Shown: positions 1 to 13,314 of the stretch, one piece after another
How positions within the stretch are numbered: position 1 is the first letter of the stretch
Layout of the letters: each line of letters begins with the position of its first letter
NCBI GenBank assembly: GCA_951406725.2
Contig: OX597821.1
Span: 22,568,001 to 22,632,000 of the forward strand
From: Octopus vulgaris
Lineage: Eukaryota
Direction: 5' to 3'
DNA length: 64,000 nt
Notes under the pieces: model-generated
Databases searched by the model: none
What the model was told of the DNA's origin: nothing
What the model saw: only the letters and a program-made list of their open reading frames with translations
Position numbers and translations under genes: made by a program

Positions 1-217
1 TCCAAGCTGATCAAAGCCTTATGTGTAGATTTGGTAGACAGAAACTGAAAGAAGCTTATTGTATGTGTGTGTGTTATGGTCTTGTTTTGACACCATGTGA
101 TAGTTGTAAATGATAAGGGTTAACCTTGTTTCCAACCCATGTGATCTTGGGTAAGTGTCCTGGGTCAATCAGATTCTTGTGACTGGATTTGGCAGATGGA
201 AACTGAAAGGAACTACT

Positions 218-248
<31 letters not shown>

Positions 249-1695
249 CAATGTATATGTGTGCACCTTTGTATGGCAAGGGTGCTCGCATATTCATCAT
301 GGTTGTAAATGAGCACTATTATTATACAAGTAATGTTCACTTCCAGTTTTCCATGGAGAAATATTAACTTTAAAACAGGTGAAGGTTGGTAACAGGTAAA
401 AAGCATTGCTGTGGATGCTGGTAGCATGGTATTGGTGCCACATAAAAAGCACCCCAGTACTCTATGGAGTGATTAACATTAGGAAGGGCATCCAGCCAAA
501 ACAGAGGCAATGGAAGTTGGTGCAGCCCCTGACTTTCGCCAATTCTTATCAAGCCGTTCAACTGATGCAAGCATGGAAAATGGGCATTAAATCTTGATGA
601 GTCAATTCAACTAGATATACATTCATAGAAGCCCTTAGATCCAATTTAATTATTCTCAAATTAATGTCTGTGAAATTGGACATATTAATATATTATCTGT
701 TACTTTTTACATTCAGTTGGAATCAGTACATTTTTACCAACTACAATCTACAGTCCTGCTTACAACTTCTCAAATATGAAGTGGTTATCATTATTATAAA
801 TATAATTGAATAACCTAATGCTCTTGAAATTACTGGCACTGTTCCAAAATATGAAACAGTTATTACTGATATGGCAGAATGGGCTAAAGCACCCTAACCC
901 TAACTCTATGATGTTCAGTTGTCTCTCTTCACATTCTAGGTTATAAGATGAGGGAGTGGTAGTGTAAAGTAAAGTCAATACCTATTTCTTTACTGCCCAC
1001 AAGGGGCTACACACAGGGGGGACAAACAAGGACAGACAAACGGATTAAGTCTATTATATCGACCCCAGTGCATAACTGGTACTTAATTTATCAACCCCGA
1101 AAGGATGAAAAGCAAAGTCGACCTCAGCGGAATTTGAACTCACAACGTAACAGCAGAAGTAAAGTAAATACCAGTGTATTACTAGTACCTCTGACTGTAG
1201 AACCTTAGGAATAATTGGGGAGGAAACTATAAGGAATCTGAGTGACATACAAGCTGCCCACTGCTACAGTGCACTAAAGAATATGGGCAAAAGAAACTGA
1301 AGTCACAGCACCTAAACCTCAAGCCAGCGTCATGGATCAGAAAGCATGGAATAACATCATTGCCAGAGTCCATCATCCAGTGGCATCCACAACGTATTGG
1401 TTGAGAGGACAGCCTCCCCCTCTGGTGGTTACCAGCTAGAGATTTTACTTACTGGTTTTTGTGGACTATTGGAAATGAAGGACACTGCTTGTGTGATGCT
1501 GACACTTGTTTACAACTATCACATGGTGTCAAAACAAGGAGACCATAACACACACACATACAATAAGCTTCTTTCAGTTTCTGTCTACCAAATCTACACA
1601 TAAGGCTTTGATCAGCTTGGAGCTGTATTAGAAGTTTGTATCATGGAATTAGGGGACAGTCACCAATTGATTGGTATTAAAAAGGATTAAAATGG

Positions 1696-2151
1696 TTACT
1701 GCCCTTCTTTGTCAACAACAACTATCGGTGGTGTATATTTCGTTTGTCACTGTTATTTATGACATATTTCATCTCAGTTACGTTTGTATGAATAAACGAG
1801 TGTATCTGAAGCATGTTTACTTCATGGCACCACCATAATCATTCTTGCTTCATTTTTCATTTTTTTCCGTAACTCTAGCCCTAAAACCCCAACCCTAACC
1901 CTAACCCTAAAACCTTAACCCTAACTCTAACCCTAACCCTAACTCTAAAACCCTAACCCTAAAACCTTAACCCTAACTCTAACCCTAACTCTAAAACCCT
2001 AACCCTAAAACCTTAACCCTAACCCTAACTCTAAAACCCTAACCCTAAAACCTTAAAGCTAAAACCTGTACAAATGCATGAACGATGTCATAAATAACAG
2101 TGACAAAAGAAATATACACCACCGATAGTTGTTGACAAACAACAGCAGTAA
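1696..2151. mobile_element. Fold-back element: ~75-bp inverted repeats around a degenerate (CCCTAA)n array
   Basis: Arms 1696-1772 and 2078-2151 are near reverse complements; CCCTAA/CTCTAA/CCTTAA/CCCTAAAA units at about 1878-2065. Confidence 0.75.
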
Positions 2152-3043
2152 TTTTATTCAGCTGAATACATGTCATTGATTGGTTGAAATTACCAAAATA
2201 TGACAACTTTAACAAGAAATAACTTCCATAATACAGAATTTTCTCAAAAATGCCAAGAGTAAAAGATGTTTTATGTGAAACATTCTACAAGTATACGAAG
2301 TCTGAAAGTGTTTAGTTGCAAAAAATTATTTTTTAAATCTGTCAGACAAAAGGTAAAGATCCGATTTTGGTCAGCCCAAGTTGCTATGCAGTAACACTGA
2401 ACCCAAAACCATATGGTTGGGAAGCAAACTTCTTAACCACACAGCCATACTTGTACCTAGTTGATTAAAATTTACATCAGTAATTTTAATTAATCCACAT
2501 TTACCGCAACCACCCTATGAATACTCCAGTGAATGGAAGATGAAGTCAATTTGCAATTATCCTCCACAAGGCAATTTCTCCATTAATTAATGGTCTTTTT
2601 TTAATTTTGGCACTGGGCCTGATTATTTTAGGGGAGAAGGGATGGCGATTACATTTTATGTGCCAGTGACATGCAATAGAGACACTCAGTATACTCTGCA
2701 AAAAAAAGGCATCCAGTTATGGAAACTGAGCCAAAACAGACAATGGGGCCTGGTGCAGTTCTCTTGTTCACCAGTTCCTGTCAAACCATCTCACCCATGG
2801 AAAACATACACTAAATGATGTTGATGATTAACCTCAATACTTGAGTGGTACTTTATTTTATCAACCTGGAAGGAATGGAAAGCATTGATGTCCAGATCAC
2901 AAAAGCAAAGTTTGAAGGGAATAGTAGTCATTTCCTTTGATTTATAAATAGAAGCAAATAGGAAATAACACTTTCTGACCAGAGACAAGAAAAAAAAATT
3001 TTTTGTTACACAGTGCTATTTATATTTGTGTATATATACAATT

Positions 3044-3355
3044 GGAGGCACAATGGCCCAGTGGTTAGGGCAGTGGACTCGCGGTCATAGGATCGCGGTT
3101 TCGATTCCCAGACCGGGCGTTGTGAGTGTTTATTGAGTGAAAACACCTAAAGCTCCACGAGGCTCCGGCAGAGGGTGGTGGCAATCCCTGCTGTACTCTT
3201 TCGCCACAAGTTTCTCTCACTCTTTCTTCTGTTGGCTTGCTCGCTTAGCCAGCGGGGTGACGTCATTTGAAGGCTAAAACAATGCGAAGCACATTGTGAC
3301 CAGCGATGTGTAGCAACATCTGATAGCCTGGTCGGTCACGGTGACGGTGACAGTG
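3044..3355 (+). mobile_element. tRNA-derived SINE (GGAGGCGCAATGGCCCAGTGG head), tail ending (GGTGAC)n
   Basis: Pol III A box (TGGCCCAGTGG) and B box (GGTTTCGATTCC); target-site duplication ATATATACAATT. Confidence 0.88.
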
Positions 3356-3681
3356 ATATATACAATTATATTAAACATGTGAACTCTGGAACATGGATAG
3401 ACCTTCAATGGGATACTGTCTCAGGAGATTAAATTCTCCTTGCAGACAATTTATATGAAGCCACACCCATTATGTTATGAATGACATCACTGGACCATAG
3501 GACACGTTTCTGCATTGTTACGCTTCATCGGACACAGACATCAAAACTTTGTTCAAAGTCTACTAAAATCTGTTCTATTTTAAATATCAAATATTAAATT
3601 TGCTGGTGTGTACGAAGTTTTGTTAAGCAAGAATTAATTTATTAGAGGTACATTAAGCTGCAATGAATTGAACATAGGTAT

Positions 3682-4085
3682 ACTCTTTACTCTTTTACTT
3701 GTTTCAGTCATTTGACTGCAGCCATGCTGGAGCACCGCCTTTAGTCGAGCAAATCGACTCCAGGACTTATTCTTTGTAAGCCCAGTACTTATTCTATCGG
3801 TCTCTTTTGCCGAACCGCTAAGTTACGGGGACATAAACACACCAGCATCAGTTGTCAAGCAATGCTAGGGGGACAAACACAAACACACAAACACACACTT
3901 ACATATATATACACATATATACGACAGGCTTCTTTCAGTTTCCGTCTACCAAATCCACTCACAAGACATTGGTCGGCCCGGGGCTATAGCAGAAGACACT
4001 TGCCCAAGATGCCACGCAGTGGGACTGAACATGGAACCATGTGGTTGGTTAGCAAGCTACTTACCACACAGCCACTCCTGCGCCT
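3682..4085 (-). mobile_element. Abundant ~400-bp tRNA-derived SINE with CORE-like CCTTGGGCAAGT box, internal (TA)/(TG) tract and (GTAAAAGA)n tail
   Basis: Many similar copies in the window; source of the recurring ORFs 'ASFSFRLPNPLTRLWSARGYSRRHLPK'. Confidence 0.9.
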
Positions 4086-5023
4086 ATGTGCAGTTATATT
4101 TGACATGTTCATGTACATTCAAATGTGGAAAGACCTTTATTGCAGATATTATCTCAGGTGTATTTCCACACATGTATTGTCTATGAGGAGAATTTTTTCT
4201 CCTGAAACAGTTTCCTCAACAAAGGTGTTTCCCTGTTTGAGTGTACACAAACAAGTTAAATATAAATGTACACACCTTTATCATAATCGTCACTGCTTAG
4301 TGTGTCTTTAATTATACATATTTGATGATGATGCTTTGCACACATCAACATATTTACATGCTAAGAATGATATTTCTCAGTGGGCTGTGAATGATGGATT
4401 CAGTAACTGTAACTGATGAAGAGCAATGATGCAAAAACGTATCTAACAATGCCATCAACATCATAGTGTATAAGGCCAATATTCACAGCAAAGGTCTTTT
4501 CATGTCCAAGTGTACATGAATGTGTTAAATATAAACTGTACAAAGCTTTATTTTAATCATCATTGCTTACTATGCCTTCAAGTAATTGGTTTCAAATTTT
4601 GGCACAAGGCCAGCAATTTTAGGGTAGGGGTAAGTAGGACCTCGACAGAATTTAAACTTAGAATATGAAGACAGATGAAATGTCACTAAACAGTGTGCCG
4701 GGAGTGCTAATGATTCTGTCAGTTCCCCACCTTGCCTTTCAGGTAATATTCATTATTTGTATTTTTCACAAGAAGATATGACATGCAAGGGATAGAAGTT
4801 GCAGCAAGGCTGAATGGTTAAGAAGTTTGTTTAGCAACTGTGGGATCCTGGATTTGATCCTATTGTGTCATATGTCACTTTCTGTAGCCTCAGCCCAAAC
4901 TCTGTCAGTGCATTTTAGTAGAGAGAAATTGAACAGAAGAGTGTCCACTGGGTTATAAGTGTAATTCTAGGGATTTCCTTGTCAAACGTTGTCATATTGA
5001 TTCTGTCTGAGAATTACACAAAT

Positions 5024-5417
5024 ACTCTTTTACTTTTTTACTTGTTTCAGTCATTCGACTGCGGCCATGCTGGAGCACCGCCTTTAATCAAGCAACTCGA
5101 CCCCGGGACTTATTCTTTGTAAGCCCAGTACTTATTCTATCGGTCTCTTGCCGAACCGCTAAGTGACGGGGACATAAACACACCAGCATCAGTTGTCAAG
5201 CAATGCTAGGGGGACAAACATACACGCACACATATATATACACATATATATACGACAGGCTTCTTTCAGTTTCCGTCTACCAAATTCACTCACAAGGCTT
5301 TGGTCGGCCCGAGGCTATAGCAGAAGACACTTGCCCAAGGTGCCACGCAGTGGGACTGAACCCGGAACCATGTGGTTGGTAAACAAGCTACTTACCACAC
5401 AGCCACTCCTGCGCCTA
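5024..5417 (-). mobile_element. Same ~400-bp SINE
   Basis: Colinear with 3682-4085. Confidence 0.88.
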
Positions 5418-5774
5418 TATGCTACACATTTCTGTGGAATACTCAGCCACTTACATGCTAATCCACTGAGCAGATAATTCAGTTACTTCAACAACTGAAT
5501 CCATATCTTTGAATGGCTAAGAGCCATCCATTCATTACAGATAGATTTTCTTAGAATCCACAGTCCAGCAGGACAGGCACTATGCTTCACTCTTTTATAA
5601 AAATAGTACAACGTATTACAATTTAAGCTTTAGCAATACAATTGTATTAAAGATGCATACGGTTTCAGTTTCATTCTATCCTTACATCTTTTACTTGTTT
5701 CAGTCATTGAAGGGTTTAACCAAACAAATCAACTCCAGGACTTATTTTCAAGTCTGGTACTTATTCCATCATAT

Positions 5775-6181
5775 TACTCTTTACTCTTTTACTTGTTTCA
5801 GTCATTTGACTGTGGCCATGCTGGAGCACTGCCTTTAATCGAGCAACTCGACCCCGGGACTTATTCTTTGTAAGCCCAGTACTTATTCTTTCGGTCTCTT
5901 TTGCCAAACCTCTAAGTGACGGGGACATAAACACACCAGCATCGGTTGTCAAGCAATGCTAGGGGGACAAACACAAACATACACGCACACACACACATAC
6001 ATATATATATATACATATATACGACGGGCTTCTTTCAGTTTCCGTCTACCAAATCCACTCACAAGGCTTTGGTCGGCCCGAGGCTTTAGTAGAAGACACT
6101 TGCCCAAGGTGCCACGCAGTGGGACTGAACCCAGAACCATGTGGTTCATAAAGAAGCTACTTACCACAGAGCCACTCCTGC
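5775..6181 (-). mobile_element. Same ~400-bp SINE
   Basis: Colinear with 3682-4085. Confidence 0.88.
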
Positions 6182-6303
6182 TGTATATATGTATATATAT
6201 AATTATTAATATTAGAGAATTTATTTCCGAGTCCACAGGGGTGAGAAATTCAATTTAGTGGTACTAAAATGAATTTCCCACTGTATTTTATATATTATAT
6301 ATG

Positions 6304-6337
<34 letters not shown>

Positions 6338-6751
6338 TAAACATACAGACAGATAGATAGGTTTAAGAGACAACCACCTTCAAGCAACACAACATTGATA
6401 TCTATGATAGAAATATGTAAGATTAAATATTATCAACTTAATACCTGTAATTACTATCTGCAATGTAGGGGAGATAATTCTTATTAACTTTTTTAATATG
6501 AATTATCTCCCCTACACTGTAGCTCTCTATGATGGACTATACGTTGTTCACTTACTAGCCATGGTTAATTCGAGGTGAGTAAGAAGACATACCAAAAAGA
6601 TATGTTAACTTCATTTTCTTTTTCCTATTTATTATGCTTTATTTTGTTCGTTTTTAGTTAAGATAAATTTTTTCGATGATTTATAAATGTATAATTTTAA
6701 TTATCATGTCTGTATATAAGTTGTAAATAGTAAAGTAGTTTTATATAATCC

Positions 6752-6837
6752 AGACCTGAAGATTGGCAGTATAGTCAGATCAATAGACTTCTAAACCTTC
6801 TACTTTAGCAATTATTGTCATGAAACACATGTAGTTT
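6752..6837 (+). ncRNA. Candidate minimal type I hammerhead with canonical core, inside an inverted-repeat element
   Basis: AGAC-CTGAAGA-T-TGGCAGTA...TATTGTCA-T-GAAA-CACATG-TA-GTTT. Confidence 0.45.
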
Positions 6838-7233
6838 ATCTAATGTATATGAATCAGATAGTAATTGCAGATATTAAGTTGATAATATTTAATCTTATAT
6901 ATCTCTATCATAGATAATAGCATTCAATGTTGAGTTGCTTGAAGGTGGTTCTGTCTCTTAAAACTATCTATCTATCTATCTATCTATCTATTATTATTAC
7001 TATTATTATTATTAATGAAAGAAATGGAAGATAAATTTAGCACTAGTCTTTATTTATGATGATCATTTCAGCTCATCCTGCAAATATCCATCATGGATAG
7101 AATATTGTGCATCTAATTGTGTGGCATCAATCTGTGCAGTTTGAATCACATCAGGTGCACACATAAAGAAGGGGATGTCCTGCTAGATATACTGAGTTGT
7201 CCTAGTCATATTCTTGCCCGCTGTATTTTGGTC

Positions 7234-7278
<45 letters not shown>

Positions 7279-7453
7279 ATAATAATATTAGGGAATAAAT
7301 CCAAACTTACAGGGAAAAATTAGATTTAGGATTAAATCCAATTTTATAGTATAAATATATTATATTATATTATATTATATTAAATTAGAGATAAAACCAC
7401 TATTAGGCAAATCAAATATATTATATTCTAATAGTGGTTTTATCTCTAATTTA

Positions 7454-7518
<65 letters not shown>

Positions 7519-7546
7519 CATATACATAGAGATAGATAAAGATATA

Positions 7547-8676
7547 CGAGGTCTGATCAATAAGTATTCAGACTGGTGCTATAAAAACAAAACTACAACA
7601 CTTACCAATTTGGTATTTAATCTCCTTCAAAGTAGTCCCCTTCAGAAGCCACACACTTAATCCAGGACTGTTTCCATTGATGGAAGCATTCTTGGAACTC
7701 GTTTTCTGGGATAATCAGCAGCAGCCTTGTCACCTTCACTTTGATTTCCTCAAGGTCCTGAAATTTTTTCCTTTCGAGTGGGATTTGATTTTTGAAAAGA
7801 GGGAAAAGTTACAAGGGACAAGAGCTGGGGAATATGGTGGCTGTTGGGGCTGGGGAAATGCAGTGCCTAACTACTGCACAAGCTGCACTGAATGGGCAGG
7901 TTCATTATCAGGGTGCAATTGCCACTCATCAGATGCATGCAACTGGGGGCCTTTTCTGATGAATACCATGCTGCAAAATGTCACGGTAGTACTCCTTGTT
8001 TACTGTCCGACCAGCTGGAGCATACTCATGATGAACAATCCCCTTACCGTCAAAGAAAACAGTCAACAATGTCTTCACATTGCTTAAACTCAGTTCTGCT
8101 GCTGTTTTGGCCATCTTATTTCTTAATTGCCCACAAGAGGCTAAACACAGAGGGGACAAACAAAGGGATTAAGCGCTGATTACATCGACCCCAGTGCGTA
8201 ACTGGTACTTATTTAATCGACCCCGAAAGGATGAAAGGCTAAGTCGACCTTGGTGGAATTTTAACTCAGAGCGTAGCGGCAGATGAAATACCGCTAAGAA
8301 TTTTGTCCCGCATGCTAACAATTCTGCCAGCTCGCCGCTTTTTTGGCGATCTTGGCAACATCTGAACTACTCATACACTCCTCTCTGTACACTTTCTACA
8401 ACTTTGCATAGACCTCTGAACAGGTATTGTCAAGCTTTTGGCAAAATTTGGTGCAGATTCTCTGCTCAACTTTCTCTGTCATGGTCAATGTGATGATCAC
8501 ACGTTACACACCTTCCTTCCAAGCACTGCTGTAAACAGCAGAAGTGAGCTAGAATGTTAAAACTTAGTGCACATGCACAGTAGAGTTCAAGGCCAATCTT
8601 TGCTGAGCAATTTCACTCTGTGTGCTTTAGCTTCGTTACTATAGCAACACTCCAGATACTTATTGATCAGACCACA
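7547..8676 (-). mobile_element. Decayed mariner (Tc1/mariner) DNA transposon, interrupted by a SINE at 8117-8338
   Basis: TIRs CGAGGTCTGATCAATAAGTAT / ATACTTATTGATCAGACCACA with TA flanks; minus-strand relics KTLLTVFFDGKGIVHHEYAPAGRTVNKEYY and PPYSPALVPCNF (YSPDL-type motif). Confidence 0.9.
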
Positions 8677-9156
8677 TATACAATAGGCTTCCTTTAGTGG
8701 CTGTCTGCCAATCCCACTCACAATGCATTGGAGGGCCTGGGTTTATATTAGAAGAAACTTGCTCAAAGTACAATACAGTAGGACTGAACCCAAAGCCGTG
8801 TGGTTGGGAAGCAACTGAGTTAGTTAATTATCCCCTGGAAATTACTGTCTCAAGTTCTATAATTTGTAGAGTCTTTTATTTGGTTTCCATGACATATAAG
8901 TGACTGAGATCTCAGCCCTCACCTTGAACGGGATGCCAGTCAACCGTAGGGTTACTCATTCACAGCTGTGTGGACTGGAGCAAAACGAAATGATGCGTTT
9001 TATTCAAGAATAGATTTCAACACAAATAACCAGTCTTGAAATTGAAACCTTGATCTTGCAATCGTAAGTGGAACTCTAATCACTTGGCCTCGATTGTTCA
9101 ATCAAGAGCTGACACACAAGTGCTGAATCTGCTGAATATTGTGGCTAAATCCCTCG

Positions 9157-9563
9157 TAGGAGTGGCTGTGTGGTAAGTAGCTTGTTTACCAGCCACATGG
9201 TTCCGGGTTCAGTCCCACTGCGTGGCATCTTGGGCAAGTGTCTTCTACTATAGCCTCGGGCCGACCAAAGCCTTGTGAGTGGATTTGGTAGATGAAAACT
9301 GAAAGAAGCCTGTCGTATATATGCATATATATATGCGTGTGTGTGTTTGTGTGTCTGTGTTTGTCCCTCTAGCATTGCTTGACAACCGATGCTGGTTTGT
9401 TTATGTCCCCGTTACTTAGCGGTTCGGCAAAAGAGACCGATAGAATAAGTACTGGGCTTACAAAAGAATAAGTCCGGGGTCGAGTTGCTCGATTAAAGGC
9501 GGTGCTCCAGCATGGCTGCAGTCAAATGACTGAAACAAGTAAAAGAGAAAAGAGAAAAAGAGA
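9157..9563 (+). mobile_element. Same ~400-bp SINE
   Basis: Head GGAGTGGCTGTGTGGTAAG...GGTTCAGTCCC; (AAAAGAG)n tail. Confidence 0.88.
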
Positions 9564-10411
9564 ATCTACTATCTTAAACAATAATTTTATTGAACAATAT
9601 AACTTCTGATTGACAAGCAATGAGATTGTTGTGATTAGAACATCTTTCATCTTAGATTTATTCAGCTGCAGCTGATCTGGGACTTTACAACAACAGTGGT
9701 AAAGTTTACTTCAAACTAACAAGGGAATGCCTCTATGTGGATGCTCAACCTGATAAGTATACCAACTAAATTTTCTTCAAATCACTCCTCTGTCACCTTT
9801 GGAAAATGTGGCCCTTCATCGACAAGATCTGTCAGTCTTGCTGTCTATGGAGAAAGCCTGCAGAGAAGTATGAGAGAAGAACATCTGAAGTAGCTATGAA
9901 GTTCAATTCTTGACCTGTAATCACCCCCCACACACACATCTCAATTGAAGGAGATGGTGAAGATGCCGATGACCGCTTGGTTCAAAGTCTCCCTTGACCT
10001 AAAGTGGCCTGAACTCTTTACATGAACACCACCCTATACATGACTCCATGTCCCCCTACATGGCCTTGCTTTTTGCTTTTTGAGCCAAAAAATTAACTAA
10101 CTAACTAACATGTAGTGATCAAAGATTATCTTTCTGCAGACTATCAAAGACTATCTTTCCAATGCAGATTTTTAACATTTATTATAATGTAAACTTCAAA
10201 TTCATGCTTTCACAAAACACCCAACTAGACACAAGAAGTGAGCAGAGCTGTATTCCAGGCAACTTGTAACATTTACACCAGAAGCAGTTCTGAAGGACTT
10301 CAACCATCAAATTTAAACAAGTGATTCTCAAACAGCTTCCACATACTAGCCCCACCCTTCAGGTAATCACAAAAGCTACAGATGCACGAATATCAGTCAA
10401 CATCCAAACTT

Positions 10412-11510
10412 CATGAAAACCATTGCGATGGTGTTTGTAGACTTTTCTAAAGCGTTTGACTCTGTAGATAGGTACAAGATGTTTGAAATCCTTAAGCTCT
10501 ATGGGATACCAGACAAAATCATTTCTGCCATCATGGTCCTCTACACAGATACGTCTTCAACCATCCTAACCCCTGACAGAGAAACATCATCTTTCTCAAT
10601 CAAAGCCGGAATACTGCAGGGAGATACACTCGCCCCATTTCTCTTCGTCATTGTCGTTGACTATGTGCTACGTATGTCAGTTGATACCATTTCTGGCAAG
10701 GGCTTTGAAATAAAACCTAGAAGAAGTTCCAGACACCCAGCTGAATACTTAACAGACACTGACTTTGCTGAAGACATCGCTCTTATTAGTGATTCTCTCT
10801 CCAATGCCCAATCTCTTTTACAATCTCTCGAACAAGCCTCAAATTGTGTAGGTCTTTATCTCAATGAGGCCAAGACTGAATATATAAACAAGCGCCTGTC
10901 CAACAGTGATTGCATCATCCATACTCTCAACAATGCACCCTTAAATATGGTTTCTGATTACAAATATCTTGCGTCATACATATCATCTGGAAAAGATTTT
11001 CTAACTAGAAAGGGTATGGCCTAGTCAGCCTGTAATGACATGCATAAGATCTGGTCATCAAATCTAAGTAGAGACTTCAAACTTGAAATCTTCAAAGCCA
11101 CAGTTGAACCAATTCTACTATATGGCTCAGAAACCTGGACGTTATCAAAGAAGCTTGAGATGCGGTTGGATGGAACCTACACTCGCCTCCTTATGAGTGC
11201 TCAAAATCTCTCGTGGAAGTGTCATCCAACCAAAATGCAAATATATGGGAAACTACCACCTGTGTCATCTCTTGTGAAAGGTAGGAGAGTCCAGTTTGCT
11301 GGACATTGTTGTAGAGCTGAAAACGAGGCAATTTCTACTCTTCTCCTCTGGAAGCCATCTACTCGCAACACCAGAGGGCGCACACTCTCCTACCCTGATG
11401 TAATCTCCAGGGATACAGGCATCCAGCAACAGGACCTCCGTAATGCTATGATGGACCGTGAAGTCTGGCGTAGCATGGTAAATTCCATTGAACAATGATG
11501 ATGATGATGA
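10412..11510 (+). mobile_element. 5'-truncated RTE-clade LINE (reverse transcriptase pseudogene) with (GAT)n tail
   Basis: RT motifs FVDFSKAFDSV, GILQGDTLAPFLF, DFAEDIAL (degenerate YADD), LYGSETW; in-frame stop at 11022-11024; 3'-end copy at 46593-46766. Confidence 0.92.
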
Positions 11511-12571
11511 ATGATATGATAATGTAAGATAATGCATAGTTTATTCAAAACAATATGAATAAATTTTACACTTGACTGGGCAGTCTGAATGCTAAAGGAT
11601 TAAAACTAGTCTTTTACTCCAGATAATCTCAGAAAGGCAACCATTTCCTTTCCAGAGGGGCTGGCCATGGAATGAATAGTCTTTGCCCCACAACTGTTTT
11701 AAAGGCATTTCTCTGTTAACCGAAGTTACCAACTTCAAGATTTTGAAATATCACATGCAGTTCATAAATACCTTTTCATCCCTCCCCAAAATAAGTACTT
11801 CATTCTTTGATGTTGTGAGTTCAGACCCACTCTTATGCTTAATGGCAATCTCCTCTCCATAGCAATTGGGAGTTGGGTGTATACCAGTTAACATTTCAGG
11901 AAAAGACTCAAGTCATGCCTTACTAGACAGCTGAAAATGACTGAACATACGAAGAAGATCGATTTACCCAGATCAATTATTTCCCTCATACACACACATG
12001 TAAAAAGATAGGGTTAAAACCAGGGGACATCTGGCTTTTCAAACTCTGAAACAGAAAATGTTCAAAATGGAAAATAAATGGTTGAATCCTTTGTGGAGGC
12101 AAAAATATGTATTATTAGAAAGAAAAAAAAAAAAAAGAGGGGGTGGGAACAAGGTCCTGAGAAAGGGTTCTGGATTGTAGGAAAAAGAAAAAAAAACAGA
12201 AAAAACTTGGGATGCTTATGGCTGGAATGATAGCCATTTACAAAAACACAAAACATATAGTCTATTATTATGAAATGGCAGCTAACCCTACTCTCTATTT
12301 AAAAGAGAAAATTTTAAGAATGAATAATTAAAAAATATTAAATTTCAGTGACATAATCATAAACCTAACTCAAAACCTTCAATCAAGTATGGGCAACCAT
12401 TTTCGAGGAATAGGTGGCATCAGATAGACCACAGTTTACCTATGACTGGCCTATATTATAACCCAAATCCTAAACCTGTAACCTTTCCTTGAGCTTAAAC
12501 CTGAACCATAATCGTAACTCCGATATGTTCCTTTCGTAGTAACTTAATAATCTGTAAGCGCTTAATAATCT

Positions 12572-12962
12572 GGAGGCGCAATGGCCCAGTGGATAGGGCA
12601 GCGGACTCGCGATCATAGGATCGCGGTTTCGATTCCCAGACCGGGCGTTGTGAGTGTTTATTGAGCGAAAACACCTAAAGCTCCACGAGGCTCCGGCAGG
12701 GGATGGTGGTGATCCCTGCTGTACTCTTTCACCACAACTTTCTCTCACTCTTACTTCCTGTTTCTGTTGTACCTGTATTTCAAAGGGCCGGCCTTGTCGC
12801 TCTCTGTGTTACGCTGAATATCCCCGAGAACTACATTAAGGGTACACGTGTCTGTGGAGTGCTCAGCCACTTGCACGTTAATTTCGCGAGCAGGCTGTTC
12901 TGTTGATTCGGATCAACCGGAACCCTTGTCGTCGTAACCGACGGAGTGCTTCCATCCCATCC
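12572..12962 (+). mobile_element. tRNA-derived SINE, same head as 3044, different tail
   Basis: A/B boxes; TSD AATAATCT; near-identical inverted copy at 24019-24403. Confidence 0.88.
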
Positions 12963-13314
12963 AATAATCTGTATTTTAGCAATCACAAAGTAATCAACCA
13001 ACTCGTTTACCATTTTGAGAATTCTCCATTTTGGGGATCAGATTTCACAGATATCGAAACATTGCTAGGAAATAAAACGAAACAAGGAACAACCCTTTGT
13101 CCGTCCTGTGTATTACATGTGATACACTGGACATATTTTGCTGGCATAAATGCATCATATATGATACTGATTCCCACATATTTTCAACCACCAGAATAAC
13201 TTGGGACTCATGGACGGAAAGGCTCTATATTACTCAGAACATATGAAAAGTCTGGAAACTATACTTTGAATAAGTAAAGAGTCAAATGAAGTTCACTCCG
13301 TTATTTATTTGCAA

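Noticed and set aside
1878-2065. True telomere or chromosome end
   Set aside because: Short, degenerate, internal and enclosed by inverted repeats.
3044-3118. tRNA genes at SINE heads (also 12572, 24403, 30832)
   Set aside because: A/B boxes are present but they continue into SINE bodies, several with TSDs; no clean acceptor stem or Pol III terminator.
10413-11498. Active or domesticated reverse transcriptase
   Set aside because: 5'-truncated, in-frame stop at 11022 and catalytic motif degraded to FAED.
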